A stretch of DNA of 64,000 nucleotides from Dictyostelium discoideum. Taxonomy: Eukaryota. This document shows positions 15,953 through 27,633 of this stretch, piece by piece (position 1 is the first letter of the stretch; the number at the start of each line of letters is the position of its first letter). A program made the position numbers and the translations under genes. A model generated the notes under the pieces. The model saw only the letters and a program-made list of their open reading frames with translations, searched no databases and was not told the origin of the DNA. The stretch is from the NCBI GenBank assembly GCA_000004695.1, contig CM000155.2, positions 3,264,001 to 3,328,000 of the forward strand, given 5' to 3'.

Positions 15953-18352
15953 ATTATTTATTTATTAGACATCATTAGCTGATATTTTATCAGTATTGGC
16001 AATGGCAAATGGTAATGATGAAAGAGATACACTTAAATATAAATTATTGGGTAGTGGTGAAGCAATTGCAAGTTGGGGACATGAATATGTTAAACATTTG
16101 GCAACAGAGATTGGTGTTGAATATGATATCAAAAAGGAAGAGAATCAATCAGTAGAGGATTTATTAAAATTGGTTGATGAGATTGTACCATTCCAAATGA
16201 CACATAATGCAGAGCCAGAGGCTTGTGATCTCCTATTGGAGGTTGAACAACTCTCAAAGATTTTCCAATACATTGACGAGAATAATTATAGTCGTGTTTG
16301 TCTTTATCTATTCAAATGTTCATATTATGTACCAGGTCCAGATGATATCAACATCTTAAAGGTTTGTGTTGAAATCTATATTAAAATGAAACAATATCCA
16401 GATGCACTCAGAGTTGCTATGAAAATTTCTGATCCTGAATTAATTACTGAAATTTTTAAATTGGTTGAAAAGTAAGTATTATTTTTTTAAAAAATAAAAA
16501 ATAATAATTAATAAATATATTTATATATATTAACTTTTTTATTTTTATTTTTTAAAAAAGTAATAAATCAATTTTACAACAATTAGGATTTTTAGTTGCA
16601 AGACAAAAAATTGTACCAGATAATTTTAATTATGATTCAATTAGTGATATTATAAATAATTCAAAATTAAGTGAATACTTTATGAATTTAGCAACTGATT
16701 TAGATATTAGAGAACCAAAATTACCAGAGGAAATTTTCCAATCTCATTTAGATTCAACCAGTGCAATTGCAGATTCAGCAAGAATGAATTTAGCTTCATC
16801 ATTTGTAAATGCCTTTGTTAATGCTGGTTTCGGTAAAGATAAATTGATGACCGCTGAAGAAGATACAAAATGGTGGTTCAAGAATAGAGAATTGGGTATC
16901 CTTTCAACTGTTGCTTCAACTGGTATGGTTGTACTTTGGGATATTGATGGTGGTTTAACAAAGATTGATAAATTTTTATACTCTCAAGAGAAACATTGTA
17001 GCAATGGTGCTTTGATGGCTATTGGTATGTTAACAAGTGGTATTAGAAGTGAAATGGATCCAGCACTCTCTCTATTGGCCGAACATATCAATAGTTCAAA
17101 CACTGGTACTCGTATTTCTGCCATCTTTGGTTTGGGTTTAGCCTATGCCGGCACACAAAGACAAGATCTCATGAGCTTACTCTCACCATGTCTCGACGAT
17201 GATAAGGAGAAGATGGAATTTATTGGTATCGTTGGTTTAGCTTTGGGTTTAATTTTCATTGGTTCTTGTGATCCTGAATTATCAACCCTCTTTGTACAAA
17301 CTCTTATTCAACGTGGTACCGCCGCAAGCGAATCTCATGCTCGTTTCCTTCATTTGGGTTTAGGTTTACTTTACCTCGGTAAACAAGATGCCGCCGAGTT
17401 GGCCTTGGAAACATTGAAAGCCATCGAAGGTAAAGGTGGTGAGTATGCCCGTCTTACAGTTGAAGCTTGCGCTTACGCAGGTACTGGTAATGTATTGAAG
17501 GTTCAAAATATGCTCCATTTCTGTAGTGATGGCCAAGAAAATCCACATCATGGTTTAGCCGTACTCTCAATCGCTTTGATTGCAATGGGTGAAGAGTTGG
17601 GTTCAGATATGTGTCTCAGAATGTTTGATCATCTCCTTCAAAAGGGTAATGTACACATTAAACGTGCTATCCCATTGGCATTGGGTTTATTATCACCATC
17701 AAATCCACGTATTGCCATTATGGATATTCTTAGTAAACTTTCACATGACAATGATCCAGAAGTTGCTCAAGGTGCCATCCTTTCATTGGGTTTGATTGGT
17801 GCTGGTACAAATAATGCTCGTATTGGTGGTATGTTAAGAGCTTTAGCCGTTTTCTATGGTAAAGATGTCCATTTATTCTTTGTTCGTATCGCTCAAGGTT
17901 TACTTCATTTAGGTAAGGGTACCATGACTATCAATCCATATCATAGTGATCGTACTTTAATGTCACCAGTGGCAGTGGGTGGTTTATTAGCTCTCTTACA
18001 TGCTGGTCTCGACATTAAAAATATCCTCTCAACTCAATCTCACTATTTATTCTTTTCAATCGTTTGTAGTATGTATCCACGTATGTTAATGACCCTCGAT
18101 GAGGATCTTAAACCATTACCAGTAAGCGTTCGTGTTGGTCAATCCGTTGATATCGTTGGTTTAGCAGGAAAACCAAAAACAATCACTGGTTTCCAAACTC
18201 ATACAACTCCAGTACTCTTGGGTTATAACGAACGTGCTGAACTCGCCACTGATGATTACATTCCACTCACAAACATCTTAGAAGGTATTGTAATTCTTAA
18301 ACCAAATCCAAATGCATCTGTAACTTCACCATTAGCTTCAAAAAAAAATTAA
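15468..18352 (+). CDS. psmD2: 26S proteasome non-ATPase regulatory subunit 2 (Rpn1); 3 exons join(15468..15854,15969..16471,16561..18352), 893 aa
   Basis: It aligns with PSMD2 throughout ([65 protein letters not shown], then the PC-repeat region). Introns run GTAAGT...TTATTAG (15855-15968, phase 0) and GTAAGT...AAAAAAG (16472-16560, phase 2). Exon lengths sum to 2682 nt and stay in frame. Confidence 0.85.
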
Positions 18353-18656
18353 ATTAAAAAAAGTAAAAATAAATTTAAATAAATAAATAATTAAATAAAA
18401 TATAAATATAAATAAAAAAAAAAAAAATTAAAAAAAAAAAATCTTTTATGAGAATAAAATAATAATAAAATTATTATTAAAATTTATCTATAAATAAAAA
18501 AAATAAAAAAAAATAAAAAAAAATACAAATAATTATAAAAAAATAAAAATTAAATAAAAAATTAAATTGTGAATTAATTTTTTGTTTATGTGTTAGTTTT
18601 TTTTTTTTAATAATTATTGTTCATTAATTTTATTTGGGGTTAAAAAAAAAAAAAAA

Positions 18657-19193
18657 ATGAAAATAATATTAATATTGTTATTTATATCTATAATCTTAAA
18701 TTCAAGTTTTGCAATGTTCAAATTATCAAATTTTTATGGATTACAAAGAACTAGTGAAGATTCATACATATTAACAAATTTGAATAATCCATTGAATGTA
18801 ATTCACATTTCCAAAGATTTATTGGTATCAGTATCTTTTAATAGTATTAAAGAGAATATTAACAATTTAGAGATTTCATCAACAAATAATCATGATTATA
18901 AATTAATTGTATTTGGAAGTATGACACAATCAACTCATAATTTTAATAATAAATTTAACATTGTTACAATGTATAAAAAAGAAACCAATAATAATGATAA
19001 TAATGGATATTTCTATACAATAGATAATGATATTTTATCACAAATTGGTAGTATTAATAAAATTAAAGTTTCAACAATCCAAAACTCTAATGGTAAATCA
19101 ATTAAATTAGATAATACTTCAAATTTATTACTTCAAGGAAATTTAGAAGATAATAAATTAAGTTTAATTAATATTTACAGTGAATTAAATTAA
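18657..19193 (+). CDS. Small secreted hypothetical protein (178 aa) with N-terminal signal peptide MKIILILLFISIILNSSFA
   Basis: ATG at 18657 and a hydrophobic leader. No domain recognised. Confidence 0.45.
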   Translation: MKIILILLFISIILNSSFAMFKLSNFYGLQRTSEDSYILTNLNNPLNVIHISKDLLVSVSFNSIKENINNLEISSTNNHDYKLIVFGSMTQSTHNFNNKFNIVTMYKKETNNNDNNGYFYTIDNDILSQIGSINKIKVSTIQNSNGKSIKLDNTSNLLLQGNLEDNKLSLINIYSELN

Positions 19194-19368
19194 TTTTAAT
19201 TTTAATAATATTGATAATAAAAATAATAAAAATTAAATAAATAAATAGATTAAAAGACATTATTTTTATTTTTTATTTTTTATTTTATTTTATTTATTTT
19301 ATTTATTTAATTTATTTATATATTTTATTTTTATTTTTATTTTTATTTTTATTTTTATGTTATTAAAT

Positions 19369-22300
19369 TTATTTTGAAGAAATTAAATCTAATAAAGAAA
19401 TTGGAATTGAATTAAATAATTCAGTATCTTGTAAAATTTTTAATCTATTTTTACCAATATAACCTAATAAATAATTGAATAAAAATGCTAATTGTAAAGA
19501 ATATTTTGATTTGTGAATAAGAGTAAATAGTATACAAGCTTGTTTCAAATCAATTGATTTCTTTAGAATTCCAAATAATTCATTTGTAAGTTTATAATTA
19601 CCAAAACTAGTTGTTAAGAATAATAAATCTAAAATTTCATCACCAGAATTAATATTTAAATCTTTAGTAGTTTTTAAGAAAGATTTTTCAATTAACTCTT
19701 TTGAGAAACCAAATAATTGAATTGTATTATCATTTCCATTTTCTTTATTTGAAATTAATTCATATAAATATGGTGGTAAACATGCACTAGTTGTAGAAAT
19801 AATTGATTTTGTAAATTCATCATTTGAATTTTCTTGTTCTTGTTGTTTCTCATCATCACTACCTGAAAGTTTATTTTTTAATAATGAATCAATAAAATCA
19901 TAATTTTTGAAAAACCATAAGGATGATGATGATGAATTATAAACTTCAATTGTAATTGGTTTATCAACTTTTAATGAATTATTATTATTATTATCGTTAT
20001 TATTATTATTTAAACCATTTGGATGTAAAGGGAAATTTGATAAATCGTTCCAATACATTGAAGCATAGAAACCAGCTTTTGCATTATTATATTTATTAGA
20101 ATCAGAGATTAAAGTTGGGTTATAACAAAATTTTCTAGAACCTTCAACTAATTGATTTAGATCAGCACAACCCATACCATAGATTTTATTATTTTCAGTA
20201 ACAGCTATCCAATGACTACTACCACAAGATATTTTCTTAATAATTGTATTTTCATCAGGGAATGGTAAAGTGATTTGTTGAATTGGTTTTCTAGATCTGT
20301 CACTACCAATGCCCAATTGATAAAGTTTATTATCAACAGTTAAAGCCAACATTAATTTTGCACCAACAGCAACGTCAACGAATTTTTCATGTTTTGCAAC
20401 ATGTGTTGGAGTTTGTTGATTAGCAGGGGATTGATTTAAAGGGAATGGTAAAAAAGTTGGATCATAATGTTCAGAATTAATAAATTCAACATGTAAACTA
20501 ATGAAACATTTAATGAATCTTTCTAATGAGTAAGAATTATTTTTTGACCATAAAAGTAAAGAGATTGCATTCTCTTTAGTAATAGAATTTGAAATTAATT
20601 TCAATAAACCATCTTTAAATCTTGTCAACTTTAATTGATCACTAGTTGAACATAATGATAAAACAAAATCACCAGTTACAATTTCTTGTGGTAATAAATC
20701 AAATTTAATACGATCACAATATAAATATGCAATAATTAATATTAAATGATTATCTGGTATTGTTTTATCATTTAATTTAATTTCATTTGAATCATTTGAA
20801 TCATTTGAATTATCTATTTGATCAACTAATAATAAATTTTTAAAATAATTTAAACGTGAAATTAAAATTGATTTATGAGCTTTAATTTTAATTTTACCAT
20901 CATTTGAAATGATTGTACAATCGGATAAATTATCATCATCATTATTAAATCTTTTTAATAATTTACTTGGTATTGATAAATCTGATTCCTCTTGAATTAT
21001 ATTGAATGAAGTTTCATTTAAATAATTTGTTAATTGTTTACAATTGAAAAGTTTAGAATATTGAAAAAGTATTTTCATATTTCTTTTTGAAGTTGTATTT
21101 GTATAAATGAATGAAATGAAATCAATGAATGAATTTGAAAATAATTGATTCTCTTCAATTAATTGATCAAGTATTATTTTTTTATTTGATTCTTTATTAA
21201 AATCATCATCATCATCACCTTTACCATTATAATTCTTTGTTTTAATTACTAAATTTAAAAATTCAATAATATCAATTTTAACGATTTTATTAATTGATTT
21301 TAATTTTAATTGAATTAATTGATTTAATAATTCATCATTTTCTAAAATTGTTAAAAGTATTAAATGACAATAAGCTATTTCTTCAGTATTTTTATCTTTA
21401 CCAAATGTAATATGTAAATCTGAAAATTGTTTATTATTAATTAAATATGAATAATCTCTAGTTATTGATGAGGATGCAACCAATATTGATGGCAAATACT
21501 TTTTATCCGGTTCAATTGTGAATAGTGGTGGTGGTGAGGCTGTAGTTTCTTCAATACCAAGTTGAAAACGATCATTTCTACCACAAACAAATAGGTTACC
21601 ATTCTTTGTAATGAATGCACTATTAAAACCACCTGCTGAAATTTTTAAAATTTCAGAATCATTTTCATTATTATTTCTAGTATAATCATTAATATAATAA
21701 TTATTACTATTATTATTATTATTAATTTCACCATTATAATTTATAAATTCAATTGGTGTTGGTGTTTTAATATTTCCATTATTTGAAGTAACTATACCGA
21801 TTGAGTTAAATGTATTGGCACCCCAACCATAAACAGAGCCATCGGTTGCCAAAGCGATACAATGGTGATGACCAGATGCAATTTTTTTAATTGGTTTTTT
21901 CATTGGGTATGGATGAGTTGGCGATGCTTGACCATTTGAACAAACTTCAAAAAATAAACCCCAATTCCAAACCATACCATTACTATCTAAAATCGAACTA
22001 AAATAACGACCACATGAAATTGATTTAATTGGTGTTTTAAATTTAAAAATTCTATCTCTAACAAATAAATCACTTGAGAATAAATAATATTGAAAATTTA
22101 AATCGTCATAAAAATTATATACTGAATTTTTTTCGTCACCATTAACTCCTTTCTGGTCATCACAACTTTCATCATCAGTATTGGTGGTTGTAAATTTAAT
22201 TCTTTTCGATTCTCTTTGTTCTAAAGTTTCATTTTCAAATTGAACTGAAACAGATCTATTTCTACTTAATACCATATCAGAGATATTATCACTTTGATTC

Positions 22301-22476
22301 ATTATTTGCATTGTTTCGGGATGATTAGTTGTAGTTTTACTCTTATATTGATAATTATTTGTTACAGATTTTGATCCACTTGATGATTTTAAATAATAAC
22401 ATCTATAAAGTAATGACATTAAATTAAATTTAATTGATCCTTTGATTTCATTGGTTTTTAATTCATTTTCAATCAT
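19369..22476 (-). CDS. RCC1-repeat and BTB/POZ domain protein (1035 aa as a single exon; a further 5' exon at 22629-22763 is possible)
   Basis: ATG at 22476-22474. RCC1-like blades appear near both ends (GHHHCIALATDGSVYGWGAN..., SSHWIAVTENNKIYGMGCADLNQL). A central BTB-like segment is present (SDCTIISNDGKIKIKAHKSILISRLNYFKNLL). The upstream ORF MDIEQKQFFTEISDLFKS... (ATG 22763) could splice onto KLCLKGRNVDTIIPMIENELK at 22520. That requires a weak GTGCCT donor at 22627, so the extension is uncertain. Confidence 0.65.
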   Translation of the reverse strand: MIENELKTNEIKGSIKFNLMSLLYRCYYLKSSSGSKSVTNNYQYKSKTTTNHPETMQIMNQSDNISDMVLSRNRSVSVQFENETLEQRESKRIKFTTTNTDDESCDDQKGVNGDEKNSVYNFYDDLNFQYYLFSSDLFVRDRIFKFKTPIKSISCGRYFSSILDSNGMVWNWGLFFEVCSNGQASPTHPYPMKKPIKKIASGHHHCIALATDGSVYGWGANTFNSIGIVTSNNGNIKTPTPIEFINYNGEINNNNNSNNYYINDYTRNNNENDSEILKISAGGFNSAFITKNGNLFVCGRNDRFQLGIEETTASPPPLFTIEPDKKYLPSILVASSSITRDYSYLINNKQFSDLHITFGKDKNTEEIAYCHLILLTILENDELLNQLIQLKLKSINKIVKIDIIEFLNLVIKTKNYNGKGDDDDDFNKESNKKIILDQLIEENQLFSNSFIDFISFIYTNTTSKRNMKILFQYSKLFNCKQLTNYLNETSFNIIQEESDLSIPSKLLKRFNNDDDNLSDCTIISNDGKIKIKAHKSILISRLNYFKNLLLVDQIDNSNDSNDSNEIKLNDKTIPDNHLILIIAYLYCDRIKFDLLPQEIVTGDFVLSLCSTSDQLKLTRFKDGLLKLISNSITKENAISLLLWSKNNSYSLERFIKCFISLHVEFINSEHYDPTFLPFPLNQSPANQQTPTHVAKHEKFVDVAVGAKLMLALTVDNKLYQLGIGSDRSRKPIQQITLPFPDENTIIKKISCGSSHWIAVTENNKIYGMGCADLNQLVEGSRKFCYNPTLISDSNKYNNAKAGFYASMYWNDLSNFPLHPNGLNNNNNDNNNNNSLKVDKPITIEVYNSSSSSLWFFKNYDFIDSLLKNKLSGSDDEKQQEQENSNDEFTKSIISTTSACLPPYLYELISNKENGNDNTIQLFGFSKELIEKSFLKTTKDLNINSGDEILDLLFLTTSFGNYKLTNELFGILKKSIDLKQACILFTLIHKSKYSLQLAFLFNYLLGYIGKNRLKILQDTELFNSIPISLLDLISSK

Positions 22477-23473
22477 TGGTATAATTGTATCAACATTTCT
22501 ACCTTTTAAACATAATTTACCTAAAATTAAAATTAACTAAAAAATTTAAAAAAATTAGTATATTTTTGATTGGGAAAAAAAAAAAAAATAAAAAAATAAA
22601 AAAAAAAGTATTTTTTAATTGAGGCACCTACTTTATATTTAAATTCATTATTATCTGTTATTGTTGTTAATTTTTTATTAATTAATCTAATAGCTTTAAT
22701 TAGAAGATTGGATTTAAATAAATCTGAAATTTCTGTAAAAAATTGTTTTTGTTCAATATCCATTATTTTTTTAAGAATAGATATAGGAAAAAAAAAAATT
22801 TTATAAAAATATGTTATAACAATAATAAAGAAAAAAAAAAAAAAAAAAAGTGAGAAAAAAAAAAAAAATTTTCAAGAAAAATATAAGATTTTTTTTCTAT
22901 TTTTTTTGTTATTTTTGATTAAAAAAAAAAAATTGAAAATATCTATTTTTGAGAGTAAGAAATGTTTTGAGGCAGAAAAAAAAAATAGTTTTTCTTTTTT
23001 TTTTTTAATTTTATTTTTCATCCATTTTTTTTAACAATTATTTAAATTTATTTTTAATATGAATTTAATAGATATATAGAATACCCAAATTACACAAAAT
23101 AATATTAAATAAAAAAAAAAATGAATGCAAACATTCTGTTTTTTTAATTTTTTTTTCTTTTTTTTTTTTTTTTTCTAATCAAAAATTATTTTTAGAATTT
23201 AATTATTTATTTACCAATTTTTTATAATTGATTTTATTTTTTATAATTGATTTTATTTTTTATTTTTATTTTTTTTTTTTTTCAATGTCAAATTTGACAT
23301 GTTATTATTTTTTTTTTTTTTTTTGATTAAAAAAAATTAAAAAAAAAATAATAAAAATAACTATTAAAATAAAAAATAAAATAGGTAACATCTATTTTTA
23401 ATTTTAATTTTTAAATATATTTGTTTTTTTTATTTTTTTATTTTTATTTTTTTTATTTTTTTTTATTTTCAAT

Positions 23474-24018
23474 TCACATGATTTTACAAGATTGGTTTTT
23501 ATTTTTCTTTGGAAACGAAGATGGCGAATAAGAGATTGAAGTTATTGAAGACAAAGAAGATGAAGATGATGAAGTTATTGAAGAAGAAGAACAACTTAAG
23601 GATGATAATGATGATGATGATGATAATAATAAGAAATTTTGAAAATTATTTATAATTATAGTTAAGTTTATGAAAATATCCATTATTCTAATATTAAATT
23701 TTGCAGATGATTCAATGAAATGATTTGAGGTATAACCTAAATCAATTGCTAATTTTTCACCTTGTTCAGGTAATATTAAACGTTGTACTGATAGATCACA
23801 TTTATTACCGACGATTATCAACGGTACTTGTTTAGTTTCTCTAATTTTTTGAATCTCTGAATGAATGACCTTAATTTCTTCAAATGATTGAATTGAATCA
23901 ACTGAATATAATAATATAAATCCATTTGCATTTTTTATATTCTTTTTTCTAATTTCTTTATTTTGAATAGACTGATTACCACTATCAATCATTTTTAAAA
24001 TATAATCATTTGGTATAC

Positions 24019-24097
<79 letters not shown>

Positions 24098-24303
24098 ATT
24101 ATTATTTAAATTTTTATTATTATTATTATCATTTTCAATTGTAATTAATTTTTTATAAATTTGATCTAAAAAAGTTTCAAAATATTTTCCATCGTTTAAA
24201 AATTGACATATTATACTTGATTCTCCAGTTTTTTTACTTCCTAAAATTAAAATTTCATATTCTTTGATTTTATTTTTATTAAAATTATTGTTATAATTAT
24301 TAT

Positions 24304-24307
<4 letters not shown>
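23474..24307 (-). CDS. Divergent Ras-like small GTPase (277 aa): degenerate P-loop and switch II, 32-residue poly-Asn insert, C-terminal polybasic stretch plus CaaX box (CKIM)
   Basis: ATG at 24307. G1 reads GSKKTGES where GxxxxGK[ST] is expected, so the Lys is Glu. Switch II reads DSGNQS where DTAGQE is expected. G4 is an intact NKCD (VGNKCDL) and G5 is ESSAK. The C-terminus reads ...PKKNKNQSCKIM*. Confidence 0.65.
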
Positions 24308-24356
<49 letters not shown>

Positions 24357-24366
24357 AAATTATATT

Positions 24367-24726
24367 TTAGATATTACCATCACCAAAATTTGTTGCAACC
24401 ATTGGTTTACCACGATGAGCTAAATAAATGTCATATCCTTTTGATTGAATAAGATTTGTTTTAAATTCATAATGATGTTTTGCTTCATAATTATCACATT
24501 TATGAACTGGATGACAAATGAAAACATTTAAATTTTGAGCAACATAATGATTTACAACACCTTGAGTGAAATCAGATTGTGAACAATTTGGAGTACCTTT
24601 AAAAATATTTTCCAAATCTGCAAAGACCTTATTAAAATCTATATCAATTGAAATATCAGTTTGTACATTTGGTTGAATTTGATTGGTTTCATTGACTGAA
24701 TTTGATTTTTTAATTTTTGAATTCAT
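24367..24726 (-). CDS. Hypothetical protein, 119 aa
   Basis: ATG at 24726 and stop at 24367-24369. Only a 59-nt poly-T spacer separates it from the GTPase gene. No confident homology. Confidence 0.35.
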   Translation of the reverse strand: MNSKIKKSNSVNETNQIQPNVQTDISIDIDFNKVFADLENIFKGTPNCSQSDFTQGVVNHYVAQNLNVFICHPVHKCDNYEAKHHYEFKTNLIQSKGYDIYLAHRGKPMVATNFGDGNI

Positions 24727-25578
24727 TTTTTTTTTTTTGTTTTTTTGTTTATTTATTATTTATTATTATTAATATTAACAATCTATAATTGAAATGAAAA
24801 AATTGAAAAAAATAAATAAAACAATTTATAGTTTTTTTTTAAAAAATTATAAAAATTAAAATTTATTTTAAAATAAATTTATAAAAAATGGAGGTAATGA
24901 TTTTAATTATTTATAAATCTGATAAAAAAAGAGGGTTTAAATATTCTAATTATAAATATTTTAAAAAAATTTTAAATCTGGGGTTAAAAAATAAAAATAG
25001 AATAAAAAAATTAATGTTTTACCTTTTTCTAATTTCAGAAAAAAAGTGTTTTTTTTTGTATATCCACCTCCATCCTAATTTTTTTCACAAATCCAATATA
25101 TCCATTTTTTAAAATAAATTATTATTATTATTATTTTTTTTTTTAATAACATTGTCATTAAAGATAAATAAAAAACTATAACCAAACAGAAAAATAATAA
25201 AAATAATAATATTAATAACCCCTCAAACAAAAAAAACAAAATATATATTTTTTAAATAATTTTTTCATTTTACCATTTTATTTATTTTTTAATATTAATT
25301 TTTTTTTTTTTACCATCTATAATTATTTTTAAAAGATCAACAATCACTTTAATGTTTGGTATCAAAAGTTTATTTATAAATATTCAAATAATGATAAAGA
25401 AATAAAAAGGAAAGTTTTTTTTTTTTTTTTTGTATATATTAAAAAAATGAATTTATTTTTAAATAAATTAGATTAATGAACAATTTTGAGTTTTATTATT
25501 TAAAATAAAACAAAATAGTTATTATGATAATAATTTGTAGAGATTGTTTATTGAGGGTGTGGAATGATTTTTACAATT

Positions 25579-26259
25579 TTAGAAAGATAAGGAATTGAAC
25601 AATGGTTTTGTACCACCACCTGGAATGATTACGTGACCATACATTGAATGTAATTCAATGTCATTAGCAATGGCTAAGAAAATATCTCTTGGTTGAATTA
25701 AAGTTCTCTTGGCTGATACTGCCCCATTACTAGATAACTCTAATATTTCAGAAAGCAAATATTCAATAACAGCTGATAAATAATGCATTGAAGAATTTGA
25801 AATTCTGTAATTATAATTCATTTGTTTTACCTTTGTTTTTAAATAAGAATGTGGGATTATTGGTGGGTGGGAAATTGGTGGAGCAGGAATTGAAGAAGGG
25901 GATGAAGGAGTGGCGGTTTTTGCTGGTGGTGGTTGTGGTGGATATTGCTTTGCGGAATTAAAATTTGTAACTCTTTTAACACCTTCAGAGACTGCATGTC
26001 TTGAAATTTCACCAACAGTACATAAACGAACGGAAGTTTGAACGTCACGTGCACTTAAGGTTCTTTTATTTGAAAGTTGTACTAAATGAAATGCTTCATT
26101 CATAATACTAATTGTTGTATCTCTAATTAAACTAGTTAAAATTTGAACACTCTTAACTTGAATTCTACATGCTGGATTAATTTGTTTAATTAACTTTTTG
26201 ATGTAAATTCCTTCTCTTACATGTGTATGCTGTGTTGATCGTCTTCCTCTATGTCTCAT
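25579..26259 (-). CDS. H2Bv3: Single-chain histone H2B-H2A fusion: N-terminal H2B histone fold, Pro-rich linker, C-terminal H2A histone fold and docking region (226 aa)
   Basis: ATG at 26259. Residues ~15-105 (EGIYIKKLIKQINPACRIQVKS...NKRTLSARDVQTSVRLCTVGEISRHAVSEGVKRVT) align with H2B alpha1-alphaC. Residues ~150-220 (YLSAVIEYLLSEILELSSNGAVSAKRTLIQPRDIFLAIANDIELHSMYGHVIIPGGG) align with the H2A alpha2-alpha3/docking region ([57 protein letters not shown]). The symbol comes from my recollection that the Dictyostelium H2Bv3 variant carries both domains. Confidence 0.75.
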   Translation of the reverse strand: MRHRGRRSTQHTHVREGIYIKKLIKQINPACRIQVKSVQILTSLIRDTTISIMNEAFHLVQLSNKRTLSARDVQTSVRLCTVGEISRHAVSEGVKRVTNFNSAKQYPPQPPPAKTATPSSPSSIPAPPISHPPIIPHSYLKTKVKQMNYNYRISNSSMHYLSAVIEYLLSEILELSSNGAVSAKRTLIQPRDIFLAIANDIELHSMYGHVIIPGGGTKPLFNSLSF

Positions 26260-27079
26260 CTCTCTTTTTTTTTTTTAATTTGAAAAAATAAAATAAATGT
26301 ATTAAAAAAAAAAAAAAAAAATTAATTTTTAGAAAAAAAAAAGAAAATTATTTTTTTTAAAAAAAAAAAAAAATAAATAAAAAAAATAAAAAAAAATAAA
26401 ACAAATTTAATTTATAGGAAATATGAAAATATCTGTAAAAATTTGAATGAATGAAAAAAAAAATATCTTTTCAAAAACAAATTTTAAAAAAAATTCGAAA
26501 ACACATCATCGCCAATATTAGGAAATTTTTATCCAAATTTTTGAGTTATTTAAAGATATTTTTTTGATAATATTTAATAATATACATATATATTTTTTCT
26601 TTTAGTTTTTGTTTTTTATAATATTAAAAAAAAAAAAAAAAAAAAAAGCTTAATTATTTTATTTAATTTTAAAAACTATCATATTTAAAACTCAATATAA
26701 TAATACAACATTTTAAAATTCATTAACAGATAATTATCTCAAAAATAATAATTGAATTACATTTTAAAATTAAATTTCCCCAATAAAAAAAAAAAAAAAA
26801 AAAAAAAAAGAAAAAATTTAAAATTTTAATTAATTTTTTAATGAATGATTATTTTTTTTTTTTTAAATTTTATAGTTTTTATTGTTATCTAAAATAACTC
26901 ACTATCATTCTCAAGTATTCTTGACCTATTAATAAATTTAATTTTAAAAAAAAAAAGAAAAATTGTAAAACACCAGAACAAAAAGTTTTTTAAAAAAATT
27001 TTATGGGATGGGGAATTGGTATAAAACAAAAACCAACCTTTCTTTTTTTAAATAAGTAAAATAAATAAAATAAAATAAA

Positions 27080-27424
27080 ATGTCATCAAATAATAAACCA
27101 AATTTAGAAGCAGTTATTAAAGGTATTCAAACTAATAAAATATTAGAAGTATTTGATAAATATTATCATCAAGATATAATTATGTATGAAAAGGGTGATT
27201 CAACTAACCGTGTTGGTAAAGCTGCAAATCGTAAAGCTGAAGAATCTTTTGTTAATAATGCAACAATCCATGAAGCAAAATTATTAAAACTACTAGTTGA
27301 TGCTAATAATACAGCATATGAAATGTATATGGATTTTACATATGGTGGACATCGTATTAAAAAGAGCCAATGGGCCGTTCAACAATGTTCAAATGTTTTA
27401 ATTATCAAAGAGGAATTTTATTAA
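27080..27424 (+). CDS. Small hypothetical protein, tentatively NTF2-like/SnoaL-like fold (114 aa)
   Basis: ATG at 27080. Its size and hydrophobic periodicity resemble SnoaL-like proteins, but the family call is weak. Confidence 0.4.
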   Translation: MSSNNKPNLEAVIKGIQTNKILEVFDKYYHQDIIMYEKGDSTNRVGKAANRKAEESFVNNATIHEAKLLKLLVDANNTAYEMYMDFTYGGHRIKKSQWAVQQCSNVLIIKEEFY

Positions 27425-27592
27425 TTTATATTTTTTGAAAATGCACAATAAAACTTAATAAAAATAAAGAACATACAAATTTTTATAATCTTATTTAAAA
27501 ACTGAGTTGAATTTTTATTTTATTTCTTACCAGAGTACTTAAAAGGCCTGAGGTCAATTTAATAAAACTAATTTTGAGAATTGTTTTAAGTA

Positions 27593-27608
27593 TAGAATCG
27601 AACCCTCG
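27593..27608 (-). promoter_or_regulatory. Extra B-box (ex-B box, GGTTCGAATCC-like) ~30 bp downstream of tRNA-Glu
   Basis: The minus strand reads GTCGAGGGTTCGATTC with no acceptor stem, so it is not a tRNA. Ex-B boxes downstream of Dictyostelium tRNA genes are an established feature. Confidence 0.5.
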
Positions 27609-27633
27609 ACTAATATCAGTTAGTTTGAAAAAG

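Noticed and set aside
17366-17795. Short ORFs on both strands inside psmD2 exon 3
   Set aside because: They are embedded in a well-supported long exon in other frames.
22533-22763. 76-aa minus-strand ORF upstream of the RCC1/BTB gene as an independent gene
   Set aside because: It is more likely a 5' exon of the downstream gene. The join is uncertain because it needs a weak GTGCCT donor, so I did not call it as a separate CDS.
24367-24726. Possible RNase T1-like motif (HPVHKCDNYEAKHHYEF resembling YPHKYNNYEGF) in the 119-aa protein
   Set aside because: Only one motif resembles the family. The downstream catalytic Arg and His positions do not align, so I left it as hypothetical.
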